DNA from: an uncultured Gemmatimonadaceae bacterium
GTDB taxonomy: Bacteria > Gemmatimonadota > Gemmatimonadetes > Gemmatimonadales > Gemmatimonadaceae
Direction: 5' to 3'
Assembly (NCBI GenBank): GCA_963822945.1
Contig: CAWGJO010000020.1
Coordinates: forward strand, 192,001-256,000
Length of the DNA: 64,000 nt
Under the pieces are notes generated by a model, which was not told the DNA's origin, made no database searches, and saw only the letters and a program-made list of their open reading frames with translations. The position numbers and the translations under genes were made by a program. This document shows positions 12,949 to 23,161 of the stretch, piece after piece; within the stretch, counting starts at the first letter, position 1; the number at the start of each line of letters is the position of its first letter.

Positions 12949-13712
12949 CGCGCCGCCTCGGCCATGATGTGCGCGTCGGCTTCGAGCGACGGGCGCCCTT
13001 CGATGAACTGGCGGACGATCGGGTCCTCACTGTGCCTGATCTCGTCCACGGTGCCGCACTGGCGCACCTTGCCCTCGTAGAGCATCGCGATGCGCGTCCC
13101 GACGGTGTAGGCGCTCCGCATGTCGTGCGTGATCACGACGCCGGTGACGCCCAGCCGCTCGCGGAGACGCACCATGAGCTGGTCGATCACCGCGCTCGTG
13201 ACGGGATCGAGCCCGGTGGTCGGTTCGTCGTACAGGATGTACTTGGGACGGGTGGCGATGGCGCGGGCAATGCCGACGCGCTTGCGCATGCCGCCGGAGA
13301 GTTCCGCCGGGAACTTCTCGGGCACGTCGGCCAGATCCACCAGATCCAGCGCCTCGTGCACGCGCTCGGCGATCTCCTGGTCGGTGAGTTCGCCCTGCTT
13401 GCGCAGGCCCATGGCGACGTTGTCGGCGACGTTGAACGAGTCGAAGAGCGCCGCGAACTGGAAGACGTAGCCCACCCGGGCGCGGAGCTTGTACAACTCC
13501 TTTCGCGAGAGCTTCGGGACCTCGAGGCCGTCCACCCACACCTCACCCGAATCCGGCTCCAGCAAACCGACGATGTGCTTGATGGCCACCGACTTGCCGC
13601 TGCCCGAATAGCCGATGATGACGACGGTCTCGCCTTCGGGAACGTCGAGGGTGAACCCGTCGAGGACGGTCTTCTGCCCGAAGGACTTGTGGACGTCGAT
13701 GAGGCGAATCAT
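12945..13712 (-). CDS. ABC transporter ATP-binding protein, MlaF/Mkl family
   Basis: GYSGSGKS, FQFAALFDS, ELSGGMRKRVGIARA, ILYDEPTTGLDP, THD, DP.VRQF. Confidence 0.92.
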   Translation of the reverse strand: MIRLIDVHKSFGQKTVLDGFTLDVPEGETVVIIGYSGSGKSVAIKHIVGLLEPDSGEVWVDGLEVPKLSRKELYKLRARVGYVFQFAALFDSFNVADNVAMGLRKQGELTDQEIAERVHEALDLVDLADVPEKFPAELSGGMRKRVGIARAIATRPKYILYDEPTTGLDPVTSAVIDQLMVRLRERLGVTGVVITHDMRSAYTVGTRIAMLYEGKVRQCGTVDEIRHSEDPIVRQFIEGRPSLEADAHIMAEAAR

Positions 13713-13802
13713 GAGCCGGGAAGGAGGCGGGGGAAAGAAATGTGATCAATCAGCCGAATTACTGCAAACTACGAACGGAAGACCAGCGCAACGGAGAAAC
13801 GG

Positions 13803-13874
13803 CGCAGGGCCGAAACCACGCAGGACCGAGACGACGCAGGGCCGAAACCACGCAGGGCCGAAGGGGCGGGGAAA
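13803..13874. repeat. 8/16-bp tandem repeat
   Basis: cgcagggc cgaaacca cgcaggac cgagacga cgcagggc cgaaacca cgcagggc cgaagggg cggggaaa. Confidence 0.85.
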
Positions 13875-13876
13875 CG

Positions 13877-13904
13877 GAAAGGGCCGGCTTGCGCCGGCCC
13901 TTTC
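13877..13904 (-). terminator. Intrinsic terminator downstream of the sigma70 gene
   Basis: 12-bp stem gaaagggccggc / gccggccctttc; GCAA tetraloop on the minus strand; T-rich tail. Confidence 0.8.
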
Positions 13905-13921
13905 GGAAACTGCGGATATGT

Positions 13922-13984
13922 GACTGCCAACTGCGAACTGACAACTGCGAACTGACAACTGCGAACTGCCAACTGCGAATTGCC
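13922..13984. repeat. Heptamer tandem repeat (AACTGCG/AACTGAC/AACTGCC) x9
   Basis: gactgcc aactgcg aactgac aactgcg aactgac aactgcg aactgcc aactgcg aattgcc. Confidence 0.92.
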
Positions 13985-13985
13985 G

Positions 13986-14873
13986 TCAGGCCGCGAAGCT
14001 GCCCAGCGCGCGCCCGACATCGCCTTCGCGCAGGCGCTTGAGCGCGCGATCGCGAAGCTGGCGGACGCGCTCGCGGGTGACGCCGAGCATGGAGCCGATC
14101 TCTTCGAGCGTATGCTCGCGGCCGCCTTCCAGGCCGAAGTAGAGACGCAGCACCTTGGCGTCGCGCGGCGGGAGCGTGCTGAGCGCCTGTTCGATCTCGT
14201 CGGTGAGGAAGCGGTTCATCGCTTCCTCCTCGGTGTCGGGCATCTCGTCGGCGACGAAGCGCTCGATCAGCGAGCGGTCGCCTTCGGGATCCATGGGCGC
14301 GTCGAGGCGCACGTCGCTGGTGTTGAGCGCGGCGAGCGACTGCACGACGTCCACCGAGAGACCCGTGAGGTGCGAGAGTTCTTCGGGGCTCGGCTCGCGG
14401 TTGAGCTTCTGCCGGAGGATTTCGGAGGCCTTGATGATTCTCGAAAGGTCCGCCGTACGGTTGAGCGGCACGCGGACCGTGCGGCCCTGGCGCGCCAGCG
14501 CCGACAGGATGGCCTGCCGGATCCACCAGACGGCGTACGAGATGAACTTGACGCCCTGATCGGGATCGAACTTCCGGGCCGCGGTGAGCAATCCGACGTT
14601 CCCCTCACCGATCAGGTCGATGAGCGGGAGCCCACGGTTCTGGTACTTCTTGGCCACGGAAATCACGAAGCGCAGGTTGCGCTTCACGAGTTCCTGCAGC
14701 GCATCCTGGTCACCCGCGCGGATCTTCCGCGCCAGCTCGATCTCCTCCATGCCCTTGAGCAGGGGATACGTGCTGACCTCGTAGAGGTACTGGTCCAGGA
14801 TGTCGCGCTCGGGCTCGTTGGGCGCGATGCCGGCCGGTGCGGTACGCCGGCGGCGGCGCTTGACTTCGGTCAT
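13986..14873 (-). CDS. RNA polymerase sigma70 factor, RpoD/SigA family, lacking region 1.1
   Basis: Region 1.2 LDQYLYEV...PLL; region 2 NLRFVISVAKKY, DLIGEGNVGL, KFISYAVWWIRQAI; region 4 TLEEIG..LGVTRERVRQ. Confidence 0.95.
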   Translation of the reverse strand: MTEVKRRRRRTAPAGIAPNEPERDILDQYLYEVSTYPLLKGMEEIELARKIRAGDQDALQELVKRNLRFVISVAKKYQNRGLPLIDLIGEGNVGLLTAARKFDPDQGVKFISYAVWWIRQAILSALARQGRTVRVPLNRTADLSRIIKASEILRQKLNREPSPEELSHLTGLSVDVVQSLAALNTSDVRLDAPMDPEGDRSLIERFVADEMPDTEEEAMNRFLTDEIEQALSTLPPRDAKVLRLYFGLEGGREHTLEEIGSMLGVTRERVRQLRDRALKRLREGDVGRALGSFAA

Positions 14874-15051
14874 GTAATGCCTCGAACGGACTGCGTGTTG
14901 AATGATCTATGCGTTGCGACGCCATGCGTCGCGAAGCTGGACTGCCGGAGCGTGCGCGGCGGTCGACGCACGAAATCCCATCTGCCATCTATAGAGACAA
15001 TGGGAGGCGACAAAAAATACCGCTTTGACGGGGAATCGCCAGTCCCCTTCG

Positions 15052-15080
15052 TTGACACCCATTATACGCCTGGATATACT
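15052..15080 (+). promoter_or_regulatory. Sigma70 promoter for the tRNA cluster
   Basis: TTGACA-17 bp-TATACT about 40 bp upstream of tRNA-Ala. Confidence 0.8.
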
Positions 15081-15121
15081 TCGCGGTTCCTGACAACCCG
15101 CATTCTTTGCGGGATGTCCCC

Positions 15122-15194
<73 letters not shown>

Positions 15195-15262
15195 TCGGCA
15201 CCGGGTCACCGGCGCTGACGGCCGGGCCGAAGGACAGCATCCACAACACGACCCGGAGACGC

Positions 15263-15335
15263 GCGGGAATAGCTCAGTTGGTAGAGCACAACCTTGCCAA
15301 GGTTGGGGTCGCGGGTTCGAGTCCCGTTTCCCGCT
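15263..15335 (+). tRNA. tRNA-Gly(GCC)
   Basis: GCGGGAA/TTCCCGC; CAACC-TTGCCAA-GGTTG; T discriminator. Confidence 0.97.
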
Positions 15336-15396
15336 CTCTGTTTTCGACACATGTGATGAACCGCTGAGCGGGCCGAGAAGTTCCCGAGAGCGGTGC

Positions 15397-15470
15397 GGGC
15401 GGTTAGCTCAGTTGGTTAGAGCGCCACGTTGACATCGTGGAGGTCACAAGTTCGAGTCTTGTACCGCCCA
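15397..15470 (+). tRNA. tRNA-Val(GAC)
   Basis: GGGCGGT/ACCGCCC; CCACG-TTGACAT-CGTGG. Confidence 0.97.
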
Positions 15471-15472
15471 TG

Positions 15473-15505
15473 CCCCATGCGTCCGATGAGGAGCATGGGG
15501 TTTTT
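15473..15505 (+). terminator. Intrinsic terminator after tRNA-Val
   Basis: ccccatgc...gcatgggg followed by TTTTT. Confidence 0.8.
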
Positions 15506-15662
15506 CGTCGCCGCGACGTGCCACCGGATGTGGAAGGTGCGCCTCATTGCCTCAGTAATAGACACCTTCACGCGCCACCCCGTTGCCCCACCTGTCGCGC
15601 ACGGATATTTTTGACTGCTACGCCGCTCGGGCGTAGGTAATTGCAGGACAAGCAACTGCGTT

Positions 15663-15736
15663 GCGCCCGTAGCTCAATTGGATAGAGCATCTGACTACGG
15701 ATCAGAAGGTTGGGGGTTCGAGTCCCTCCGGGCGCG
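15663..15736 (+). tRNA. tRNA-Arg(ACG)
   Basis: GCGCCCG/CGGGCGC; TCTGA-CTACGGA-TCAGA. Confidence 0.97.
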
Positions 15737-15767
15737 TAACGCGGGTGCACCGGTACCAGACAGTCGA

Positions 15768-15841
15768 CGGGGCGTAGCTTAGCCCGGTAGAGCGCCTGCT
15801 TCGGGAGCAGGAGGTCGCTGGTTCGAATCCAGTCGCCCCGA
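15768..15841 (+). tRNA. tRNA-Pro(CGG)
   Basis: CGGGGCG/CGCCCCG; CCTGC-TTCGGGA-GCAGG. Confidence 0.97.
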
Positions 15842-15845
15842 CTGA

Positions 15846-15880
15846 ACAAAGCCCCTGCATCGCGGGGGCTTTGTCTGTTT
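15846..15880 (+). terminator. Intrinsic terminator after tRNA-Pro
   Basis: acaaagccc...gggctttgt followed by ctgttt. Confidence 0.75.
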
Positions 15881-15988
15881 CGGGTCTCGCACGATCCGCC
15901 GCAATGGGCGACCTTCTCCCCGGCCGCACCTGTGCCCCCGCCGCTCACCATCCGTCTCAAACAACGGCAAGACCGCAAGGTTCGCTTC

Positions 15989-18859
15989 GTGCTCTTCCGG
16001 CCACTCGCCCCACTCCTCCTGCTCCTCGCCGCGGCACCCACCGTCCGGGCCTCCACCGCGACCATCCGGACGGAGCCGTCGATCTCCAACGGGGCCATCC
16101 GCGCCGAATTCGGGTCGCGCGGCCTCACTCGCTTCCTGGATCTGACGGGGCACGACACTCGTGCCTTTGCCTACGATGATTTCCGGGTCACGATCGACGG
16201 GCGCACCTACGACAGCCGCACGCTCGATGCGCCGGCGCGACAGGCAACGGCCGACAGCGTGTGGTACGTGTGGGCCGCCGGGCCCTACCGGATCCGCGCC
16301 ACCTACGAACTGCGCCCCGGCTGGCGGTTCATCAGCAAGCGCCTCGCCGTCACGAGCGCCGGCTCCGGCTTTCACGTGGACAGCGTGTGCGTGTGGCGGG
16401 ACAGCCTCAGCCGCGCGCCAACGGATGTGTACGTCGTCAGGTCGACGCACGAACGTCTGGGCCCCGCGGACTATGCCGCCGCCCTTCGCTTCGCCGGCAG
16501 CCGCGGCCTCCTGGCCGTCGTCCAGAATCCGTTCCTTCATGTGTCCGCCGCCGGCGGCGCATTCGCCGTTTCGTACGCACCCGACATGGACTGGCGCTCC
16601 AGCTACGGCCCCTTCGAGAGTGACCGCGGGCTGCTCGCCACCTACCGCCTCACCGGACGCCGGCTGCCCGACCGCATGCGGCCGGAGTGGGCGCTGGACA
16701 GCGTGGCCGTGGAGCCTGGACTCGACCTCGCCGAGCGCGACGCTTTCACGAAGATGGTCCGCGCCTTCCTGATCGATCCGCCCTCGAAGCCGATCAACGT
16801 GTTCGTGGGGTGGACGGCCAACGACTACCAGATCGACGTCGCCACGCCGGCGGGCCGCGCCGAGTACGAGCGGCTGCTGCATCGCGCGGCGCAGATGGGC
16901 GCCGAGTACGCGCTGTACGCGCCCTCGAATTCGGCAGTCTCGCGCCGCGATTCGAGCGTGGACGACTGGAGTTGGGAGCACGTGCTCTGGCTGGGCCTCG
17001 GCCAGCAGATCCGCAAGAACCAGTGGCACATCGCGTCCAGCCCGATCCCGCCCTCGGTGCAGGAGATGCTCGACTATGCGAAAACGCAGCACATCAAACT
17101 GCTCGCCTATGTGTACCCCGTGCTGCCCTTCACGCAGGATTCAGGGTGGCTCGTCACGTCGCACGGCAAGCAGTGGGCAAACCTGGGCATTCGCGCCTGG
17201 CAGGACTGGCTCATCAAGGCGCTGATCGCATTCCACGACCGCATGGGACTCGGCGGGTATTCCTTCGACCACACCTTCCTCACCTACCCCGGCGCGAGTG
17301 TCTACGCGCAGTGGTACGGGTGGCGGCGCGTCATGGAGACCATCAAGCGCGCGCGCCCCGATCTGGTGATCGACGGCCGGCAGGCCTATCAGGAGTACGG
17401 GCCGTGGAGCTGGCTCGCCGGCTCGTATCCCCATCCGACGTCCACCGACGAGCAGCCGGAGAGCTTCGCGCCCTTCCCCGACCTGCACTTCGACCGGGTG
17501 TCGGCCGACCGCGAGCGCTACACCGCCTACCGGTATCGCAACTACGAGTTCGCGCCGAGCGAGATCGTGCCCGGCTACATCACGCACCAGACCTCGCGCA
17601 GCGACGCCACGGGCGACATGCCGATGGTGCGCACCGACAGCGGTCCTCAATTGGTGAGCTTCCGCGCCCGCGACTGGGACTACCTCGGGTGGCGCTACTC
17701 GCTCCTGTCCTCGATCGCGGTTGCCGGATGGAACAACGTGATCGACATGATCCCGGCGCGCGACTCGGCGGAATATGCCGACTTCTCGCCGCGGGACGCC
17801 GGCTTCTTCCGCCACTGGCTCGACTGGACCGTGGCCCACCGCGAGCTGCTGCGACACACACGCACGATCATCGGGCAGCCAGCGATGGGTCGCGTGGACG
17901 GCACGGCGGCGATCATGAACGACAGCGGGTACGTCTTCCTGTTCAATCCCAATGCGCGGCGGATGAGCGCCGAATTCACGCTCGATTCCGCACTCGGACT
18001 GGCGGCAGGCCAGGGGCCGGCGCTCGAGCTGCGTGAGGTCTACCCGCGCGAGGGGATGCGCATCGCGAAGCCGGGCGTCGGGCTCTGGCACTATGGCGAC
18101 CGCGTGTCGCTGCCGATGGACGGCGCGTCGGCGGTGGTGCTTCAGGTGCGGCCGTTCGATGCGGCGATGGGCCAGACCGTGCTGTACGGTGCGCCGGGCG
18201 AGGCGTCGTCCAGCGCGTACGGGATCACGCTCCGCGACGTCACCGGGGAACCGGGCACCACCGCCCACCTGCTGGTCAAGCTGCCGGCGGGCGCCGTACC
18301 GGCGCCCGATTCGGCCACGGTGAACGGGGTCCCCGTGCCGGTGCACCGGGTCGCGCCGGATCGCGTCTCGCTCGACGTGACCTTCGCCGGCGCCGAATTC
18401 CGCCGGCTCCAGCCGGTGGGCGCGTACGACTCGACCTTTGCCGGCGGGGCCGTCCGCGGGTCGTTCACGATTCCGCCGCGGATCTTCGATCAGTTGAAGG
18501 CGCGGCAGCAGGCATGGCCCATCCCGTGGACCACCGAGGATTTCCAGACGACATGGCTCGCGCCGCAGCGCCTGCTGTTGTACGTGAACATCGCGCAGCC
18601 CGACGCGAGCTGGGAGGCGCGGATGACGATCGACGGCACGGTGGTCGCCCTGCACAAGGCGTACTCGTCGGTGCGACCGGTGCGCCGCGATTTCGTCGGC
18701 TTCTACGCCGACGTCTCGCTGCTCGCCCCGGGCGTGCCGCACACCGTGGAATTGCACCTGCCCGCCTTGCGACCGGGGCAGTTCCAGGGTCTTTTCTTCG
18801 AGAACGTCGAACCGCAATACACGGACGTCATCGTCCGCGATCACCAGGAGAATAGATGA
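15989..18859 (+). CDS. Large secreted protein, probable unclassified glycoside hydrolase (beta-supersandwich, TIM barrel, beta domains)
   Basis: Signal peptide after GTG 15989 (alternative start 15932); aromatic-rich; GGYSFDHTF and '[17 protein letters not shown]' resemble clan GH-D barrel strands; ATGA overlap with GH27. Confidence 0.7.
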   Translation: MLFRPLAPLLLLLAAAPTVRASTATIRTEPSISNGAIRAEFGSRGLTRFLDLTGHDTRAFAYDDFRVTIDGRTYDSRTLDAPARQATADSVWYVWAAGPYRIRATYELRPGWRFISKRLAVTSAGSGFHVDSVCVWRDSLSRAPTDVYVVRSTHERLGPADYAAALRFAGSRGLLAVVQNPFLHVSAAGGAFAVSYAPDMDWRSSYGPFESDRGLLATYRLTGRRLPDRMRPEWALDSVAVEPGLDLAERDAFTKMVRAFLIDPPSKPINVFVGWTANDYQIDVATPAGRAEYERLLHRAAQMGAEYALYAPSNSAVSRRDSSVDDWSWEHVLWLGLGQQIRKNQWHIASSPIPPSVQEMLDYAKTQHIKLLAYVYPVLPFTQDSGWLVTSHGKQWANLGIRAWQDWLIKALIAFHDRMGLGGYSFDHTFLTYPGASVYAQWYGWRRVMETIKRARPDLVIDGRQAYQEYGPWSWLAGSYPHPTSTDEQPESFAPFPDLHFDRVSADRERYTAYRYRNYEFAPSEIVPGYITHQTSRSDATGDMPMVRTDSGPQLVSFRARDWDYLGWRYSLLSSIAVAGWNNVIDMIPARDSAEYADFSPRDAGFFRHWLDWTVAHRELLRHTRTIIGQPAMGRVDGTAAIMNDSGYVFLFNPNARRMSAEFTLDSALGLAAGQGPALELREVYPREGMRIAKPGVGLWHYGDRVSLPMDGASAVVLQVRPFDAAMGQTVLYGAPGEASSSAYGITLRDVTGEPGTTAHLLVKLPAGAVPAPDSATVNGVPVPVHRVAPDRVSLDVTFAGAEFRRLQPVGAYDSTFAGGAVRGSFTIPPRIFDQLKARQQAWPIPWTTEDFQTTWLAPQRLLLYVNIAQPDASWEARMTIDGTVVALHKAYSSVRPVRRDFVGFYADVSLLAPGVPHTVELHLPALRPGQFQGLFFENVEPQYTDVIVRDHQENR

Positions 18860-20071
18860 ACAGCTTCGTCGCGCTCGTTTCCGGCCTCGCGCTCGCGGGG
18901 TCGGCTGCCGCCTGGAGCGGCGCCACGCCTGCCCCCACCTCCACGCCGGTCCGCCCCGTCTCCAACGGGCTCGCCCTCACCCCGCCCATGGGGTGGAACA
19001 GCTGGAACCGTTTCGGCTGCAACGTCAGCGACAGTCTGATCCGCGGAATGGCCGACGCCATCGTGGCCAGCGGGATGCGCGACGCGGGCTACCAGTACGT
19101 GACGATCGACGACTGCTGGCAGGTGGCGCGCGACGCGAACGGCACGATCGTCCCCGACTCGGCGCGATTCCCGCACGGGATGAAGGCGCTCGCCGACTAC
19201 GTGCACGCCAAGGGGCTCAAGTTCGGCATCTACACCGATGCCGGCCACTTCACCTGCCAGCACCGGCCCGGGTCGTACGGCCACGAGGCGCAGGATGCGA
19301 AGACGTACGCCGGGTGGGGCGTGGACTACGTGAAGGTGGACTGGTGCAACGCCGAGGGGATCAACGCGCCGGCGCAGTACGCCAAGATCAAGGAGGCGCT
19401 GCTGCATTCGGGTCGGCCGATCGTGTTCAGCATCTGCGAGTGGGGGAGCAACCGCCCCTGGGAGTGGGCGGACACGACGGGCAACCTGTGGCGGACGACG
19501 GGCGACATCTGGGACAGCTACCAGAGCATGGTCGCCAACGCCGATCTCAACATGCAGTACTGGCACGCGGCGGGCCCGGGCCACTGGAACGACCCCGACA
19601 TGCTCGAGGTGGGCAACGGTGGCATGACGCGCGACGAGTACCGCGCGCACTTCAGCCTGTGGGCCGATCATGGCAGCGCCCCTGATCGCCGGCAACGACG
19701 TGCGGGCGATGGTCGACACCACGTCGCGCGAAGCGCGGATGACGAGGAGCATCCTGCTCAACAAGGAAGTCATCGCGGTGGATCAGGACTCGCTGGGCGT
19801 GCAGGGCATGGTCGTGCAGGACTATCCGCCGGAGCTGCAGGTGTGGGCCAAGCCGCTGCAGGACGGTTCGGTGGCCGTGGTGCTGTTCAACCGCGCCTCC
19901 GTTCCCTCGCGGATCACCGCGAACTGGGGACGGATCGGGATCCGGACGCGCCGGGCCACGGTGCGCGACCTGTGGGCGCACAAGGACCTCGGCATGGTCG
20001 AGAACCGCTACACCGCCGACGTCCCGTCGCATGGGGTGGTGATGCTACGCGTGACGCCGGTCGGTCAGTAG
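18856..20071 (+). CDS. GH27 alpha-galactosidase, interrupted by a +1 frameshift at ~19665
   Basis: [27 protein letters not shown] (nucleophile), WRTTGDI (acid/base), [11 protein letters not shown]. Removing one base restores [15 protein letters not shown] and the C-terminal beta domain. Confidence 0.93.
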
Positions 20072-20088
20072 GGTTTCCTGCAGCGCGG

Positions 20089-20120
20089 GGCCGGTCGTTC
20101 CCGGAGCGGGACGACCGGCC
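20089..20120. terminator. Hairpin between convergent GH27 and mutarotase genes
   Basis: ggccggtcgt...acgaccggcc. Confidence 0.6.
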
Positions 20121-20133
20121 TTCCCCGCCTCCG

Positions 20134-21327
20134 CTATTTCTCGGCGCCGAACTTGAACACCGTCTCCGAATGGAACTCCTGCCCCGGCCGGAGGACCACG
20201 CTCGGGAAGTTCGCGTGGTTGGGCGAATCGGGATAGTGCTGCGTCTCGAGCGTGAAGCCGTATCGAATCTTGTACACGCCGCCGATGCCGGCGAATGAGC
20301 CGTCCAGGAAGTTGCCGGTGTAGAACTGGATCCCGGGTTCGGTGGTGTACACGTCGAGCGTGCGCCCGGTGGTCGGTTCGACGACGCGCGCCGCGTGCAC
20401 GAGACCGGTGGAATCCTTGCGGTTGAGCACGAAGTTGTGGTCGTACCCCCCCGCGAACGCGAGCTGCTGATTGTCGTCGTGGATGTGGAGGCCGATGGCG
20501 GTCGGGGCGCGGAAGTCGAACGGCGTGCCGGCCACCGCCTCGATCTTGCCCGTGGGGATCATCGTCGAATCGATGGGCGTGATCGAATCGGCGTCGATGG
20601 TGACGATGTGCTTGAGCACGTCGCCGTTGCCGGCCCCCGCCAGATTGAAGTAGCTGTGGTTGGTGAGGTTGATGATCGTCGGCTTGTCGGTGGTCGCCGC
20701 GTAGCCGATGACCAGCTCGTTGCTGTTGTTGAGCGCGTAGGTCACCCGCACCTTGAGCGTGCCCGGATAGCCCTGATCGCCGTCGGGGCTCGTGTGCGTC
20801 AACAGCACACCGACACTCGTCGGATTGGTCAGCGCTTCGGCCTTCCACACCACTTTGTCGAAGCCCACGAGTCCGCCGTGCAGTGCGTTGACGCCGTTAT
20901 TGATGGCGAGGGTGTAGGTCTTGCCGTCGAGCGTGAATTTGCCCCGGGCGATCCGGTTGGCGAAGCGGCCGACGATGGCGCCGAAGTACGGGGAGTCCTT
21001 CACGTATTTGGCCAGCGTGTCGAAGCCGAGCACGACGTCGGCAAACTGCCCATTCCGGTCCGGGGTGCGGATGGACTGGATGATCCCGCCGTAGTCCAGC
21101 ACCCGCACCTCGACGCCATTGGCGTTGCTGAGCGTGAACACGTGCACGGAGTCGCCGTTGGCCAGCACGCCGAACGGCTCGCGCCGGATGCTCAGCGTGC
21201 GGTCGGATTCGGAGGTCTTGGACATGCATCCCGCCTGGAGAATGAGGGCGCCGACCAGCCCGAGCCAGAGCGCTCGGCCGGCCGGGCGTGGTGACGCAGC
21301 GATGCGGCCCGCGCGCGTTGCGATCAT
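20134..21327 (-). CDS. galM: Aldose 1-epimerase (mutarotase), lipoprotein-type signal
   Basis: [57 protein letters not shown] lipobox. Confidence 0.95.
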   Translation of the reverse strand: MIATRAGRIAASPRPAGRALWLGLVGALILQAGCMSKTSESDRTLSIRREPFGVLANGDSVHVFTLSNANGVEVRVLDYGGIIQSIRTPDRNGQFADVVLGFDTLAKYVKDSPYFGAIVGRFANRIARGKFTLDGKTYTLAINNGVNALHGGLVGFDKVVWKAEALTNPTSVGVLLTHTSPDGDQGYPGTLKVRVTYALNNSNELVIGYAATTDKPTIINLTNHSYFNLAGAGNGDVLKHIVTIDADSITPIDSTMIPTGKIEAVAGTPFDFRAPTAIGLHIHDDNQQLAFAGGYDHNFVLNRKDSTGLVHAARVVEPTTGRTLDVYTTEPGIQFYTGNFLDGSFAGIGGVYKIRYGFTLETQHYPDSPNHANFPSVVLRPGQEFHSETVFKFGAEK

Positions 21328-21337
21328 ACGTCGATCC

Positions 21338-23161
21338 TCAATTGATGCCCGCGCGCTGCCTGGCCGCGCGGATGATTGCGACCATGACGTCGCGGTTCTT
21401 CGAGAAAGTATCATCTACGATATTGAGCGTGGGAATCGCGTCGGGGGAGAGGGAGAGCGTCTTCGGATCGAACCGGCCGAAACCGGACTCGTGCACGCCG
21501 CTAGAGCCGCGACCGGGAGCGGGGTGGCTCAGGTGCTGGAAGAAGCGCGCGTAGCGGTGGATGTGCTCCTTGAAAAGGCCCCCGCCCCCGGACTGGTAGA
21601 GCGGGATGAACTGCAGCAGGCCGTCGTAGTGCATCTCGCCGCATGCGAGCAGGCTCGGATATCGCTGCCGGAGTTCGCCGACCATGCGCTGCATCCCGGC
21701 GTGCATGTCGCCCTTGGTGTTGTTGATCCAGCCGCCGGCGATGTCCAGGAAGTACGCGTCCACGCCGTAGCGCTCCACACAGTCGGCGATGCGCCCGGTG
21801 AGCCACCGCCGCCAGGAATCGACGCCGAGGTTCATGTAGCCGAGCCACCCTTCCTGATGCCGGTCGTTGTCCCAATCCACCCAGTTCAGGTCCACCTCGT
21901 CACCGTCGATCTTGTCGGTAACGGCGTCGGCGATCTGCGCGTACATCGGCTGTTTTCGGTTGGCCGCGTTGGCCCCGAACATGGGCATCATCCGGAATCC
22001 CATGGCCTGCGCCTCGTGGATCAGGGTGCGGAACCCGGCCTCGCCCCCCATGCGGTCCGAGGCCCGGTACAGCGGGTAGTCCCAGTAGTAGCGGCCGTCC
22101 CACGCCGACAGAAAGTTGAGCACCCGGTGCGGGTCGATCTGCGTCGCCACCCAGCGCAGAATCTCGAGCTGCCGGGCGTAGTCGTTGAAGATGTAGCCGG
22201 TGTAGTGCTGACCGTGCAGGGTGAGCACGAGCGCCGTATCGCGCAGCCACGCCGGCACGTCGGAACGCGAGTCGAACGGCTGCAGATGATGGGCGCGCTC
22301 CAGGTGCGCGTAGTGCGCGGCGATCACCGGGCCGGGATCCGCCGCGCGCCCCACGCGCCAGGTGGGCACCACGAGCCGGGTCTCGTTCCGCCACCCGTCC
22401 TCCTCGTGGATGGCCTCCACCCGGTAGCCATCGTCGCCGGGCTGGAAATAGAAGCGCTTGGTGCGTACCTGATCATCGAGCGACTGCAGGAAGAAGTATT
22501 CCTGGTCGCTCTTCCGAACAAACGCGAGCGGCGTGACGAGGCCGCCCGCGCCGCCGGGCCCGAACAGGTCGCCCCCGCTGAACGGATAACCGAACAGCAG
22601 TTCGTTGTCGCGCGGGTCGAAGAAGTCGTAGCCGGTGGAGATGTGCCCGCGCGGCACGCCGCGCACGATGGTGGACAGCGTCTTGATCGGCTGGCCCATG
22701 TCGGCGGTCACGTCCACGGTCACCGCGTCGCCGTCGCGGCGCAGCCGGGCGACGAGCGTACCCTCCGCCGGCTCCTGCCCGCCGGCCCACGTGAACCGGT
22801 GGCAGGTGAGCGTCAGCGCGTCGCCGGCCGATTCGGCCCTCATCGCCGCGGGGTCGAGCGCGTACGCATTCTCGCGCGTGAACACGATGAACCCGAAGCG
22901 GAGGCCGGCAAAGGGAACCGACGGCTCGGGAAAGTCGAAGCTGAACTTGTCGTAGCCGCGTCCGCGGGGCGGGATGTACACCTCGCTCGTGGACACCAGC
23001 GGCAGAATCGGCACCGGCGCGCCGCGGTCCGCCGGCGGCAGGATGGTCGGGTCCGCCGCGCCCGTGCCGGTGGCACCCAGTGCGGCGGCGGGCACCAGGC
23101 CCGACGCGCCGGCCGCCCCCAGCGCCTTCAACAGGTCGCGCCGTGAGATCGCGTCGCTCAT
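21338..23161 (-). CDS. Tat-exported protein, probable unclassified glycoside hydrolase (TIM-barrel C-half)
   Basis: SRRDLLK Tat motif; MGGEAGFRTLI.EAQAMG, MNLGVDSWR, YGVDAYFLD and ACGE patterns typical of (beta/alpha)8 glycosidases; lies in the sugar ABC operon. Confidence 0.7.
   Translation of the reverse strand: MSDAISRRDLLKALGAAGASGLVPAAALGATGTGAADPTILPPADRGAPVPILPLVSTSEVYIPPRGRGYDKFSFDFPEPSVPFAGLRFGFIVFTRENAYALDPAAMRAESAGDALTLTCHRFTWAGGQEPAEGTLVARLRRDGDAVTVDVTADMGQPIKTLSTIVRGVPRGHISTGYDFFDPRDNELLFGYPFSGGDLFGPGGAGGLVTPLAFVRKSDQEYFFLQSLDDQVRTKRFYFQPGDDGYRVEAIHEEDGWRNETRLVVPTWRVGRAADPGPVIAAHYAHLERAHHLQPFDSRSDVPAWLRDTALVLTLHGQHYTGYIFNDYARQLEILRWVATQIDPHRVLNFLSAWDGRYYWDYPLYRASDRMGGEAGFRTLIHEAQAMGFRMMPMFGANAANRKQPMYAQIADAVTDKIDGDEVDLNWVDWDNDRHQEGWLGYMNLGVDSWRRWLTGRIADCVERYGVDAYFLDIAGGWINNTKGDMHAGMQRMVGELRQRYPSLLACGEMHYDGLLQFIPLYQSGGGGLFKEHIHRYARFFQHLSHPAPGRGSSGVHESGFGRFDPKTLSLSPDAIPTLNIVDDTFSKNRDVMVAIIRAARQRAGIN

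Noticed and set aside
13803..13984. CRISPR array
   Set aside because: Units are 7-16 bp and contiguous with no unique spacers, and no cas genes are present.
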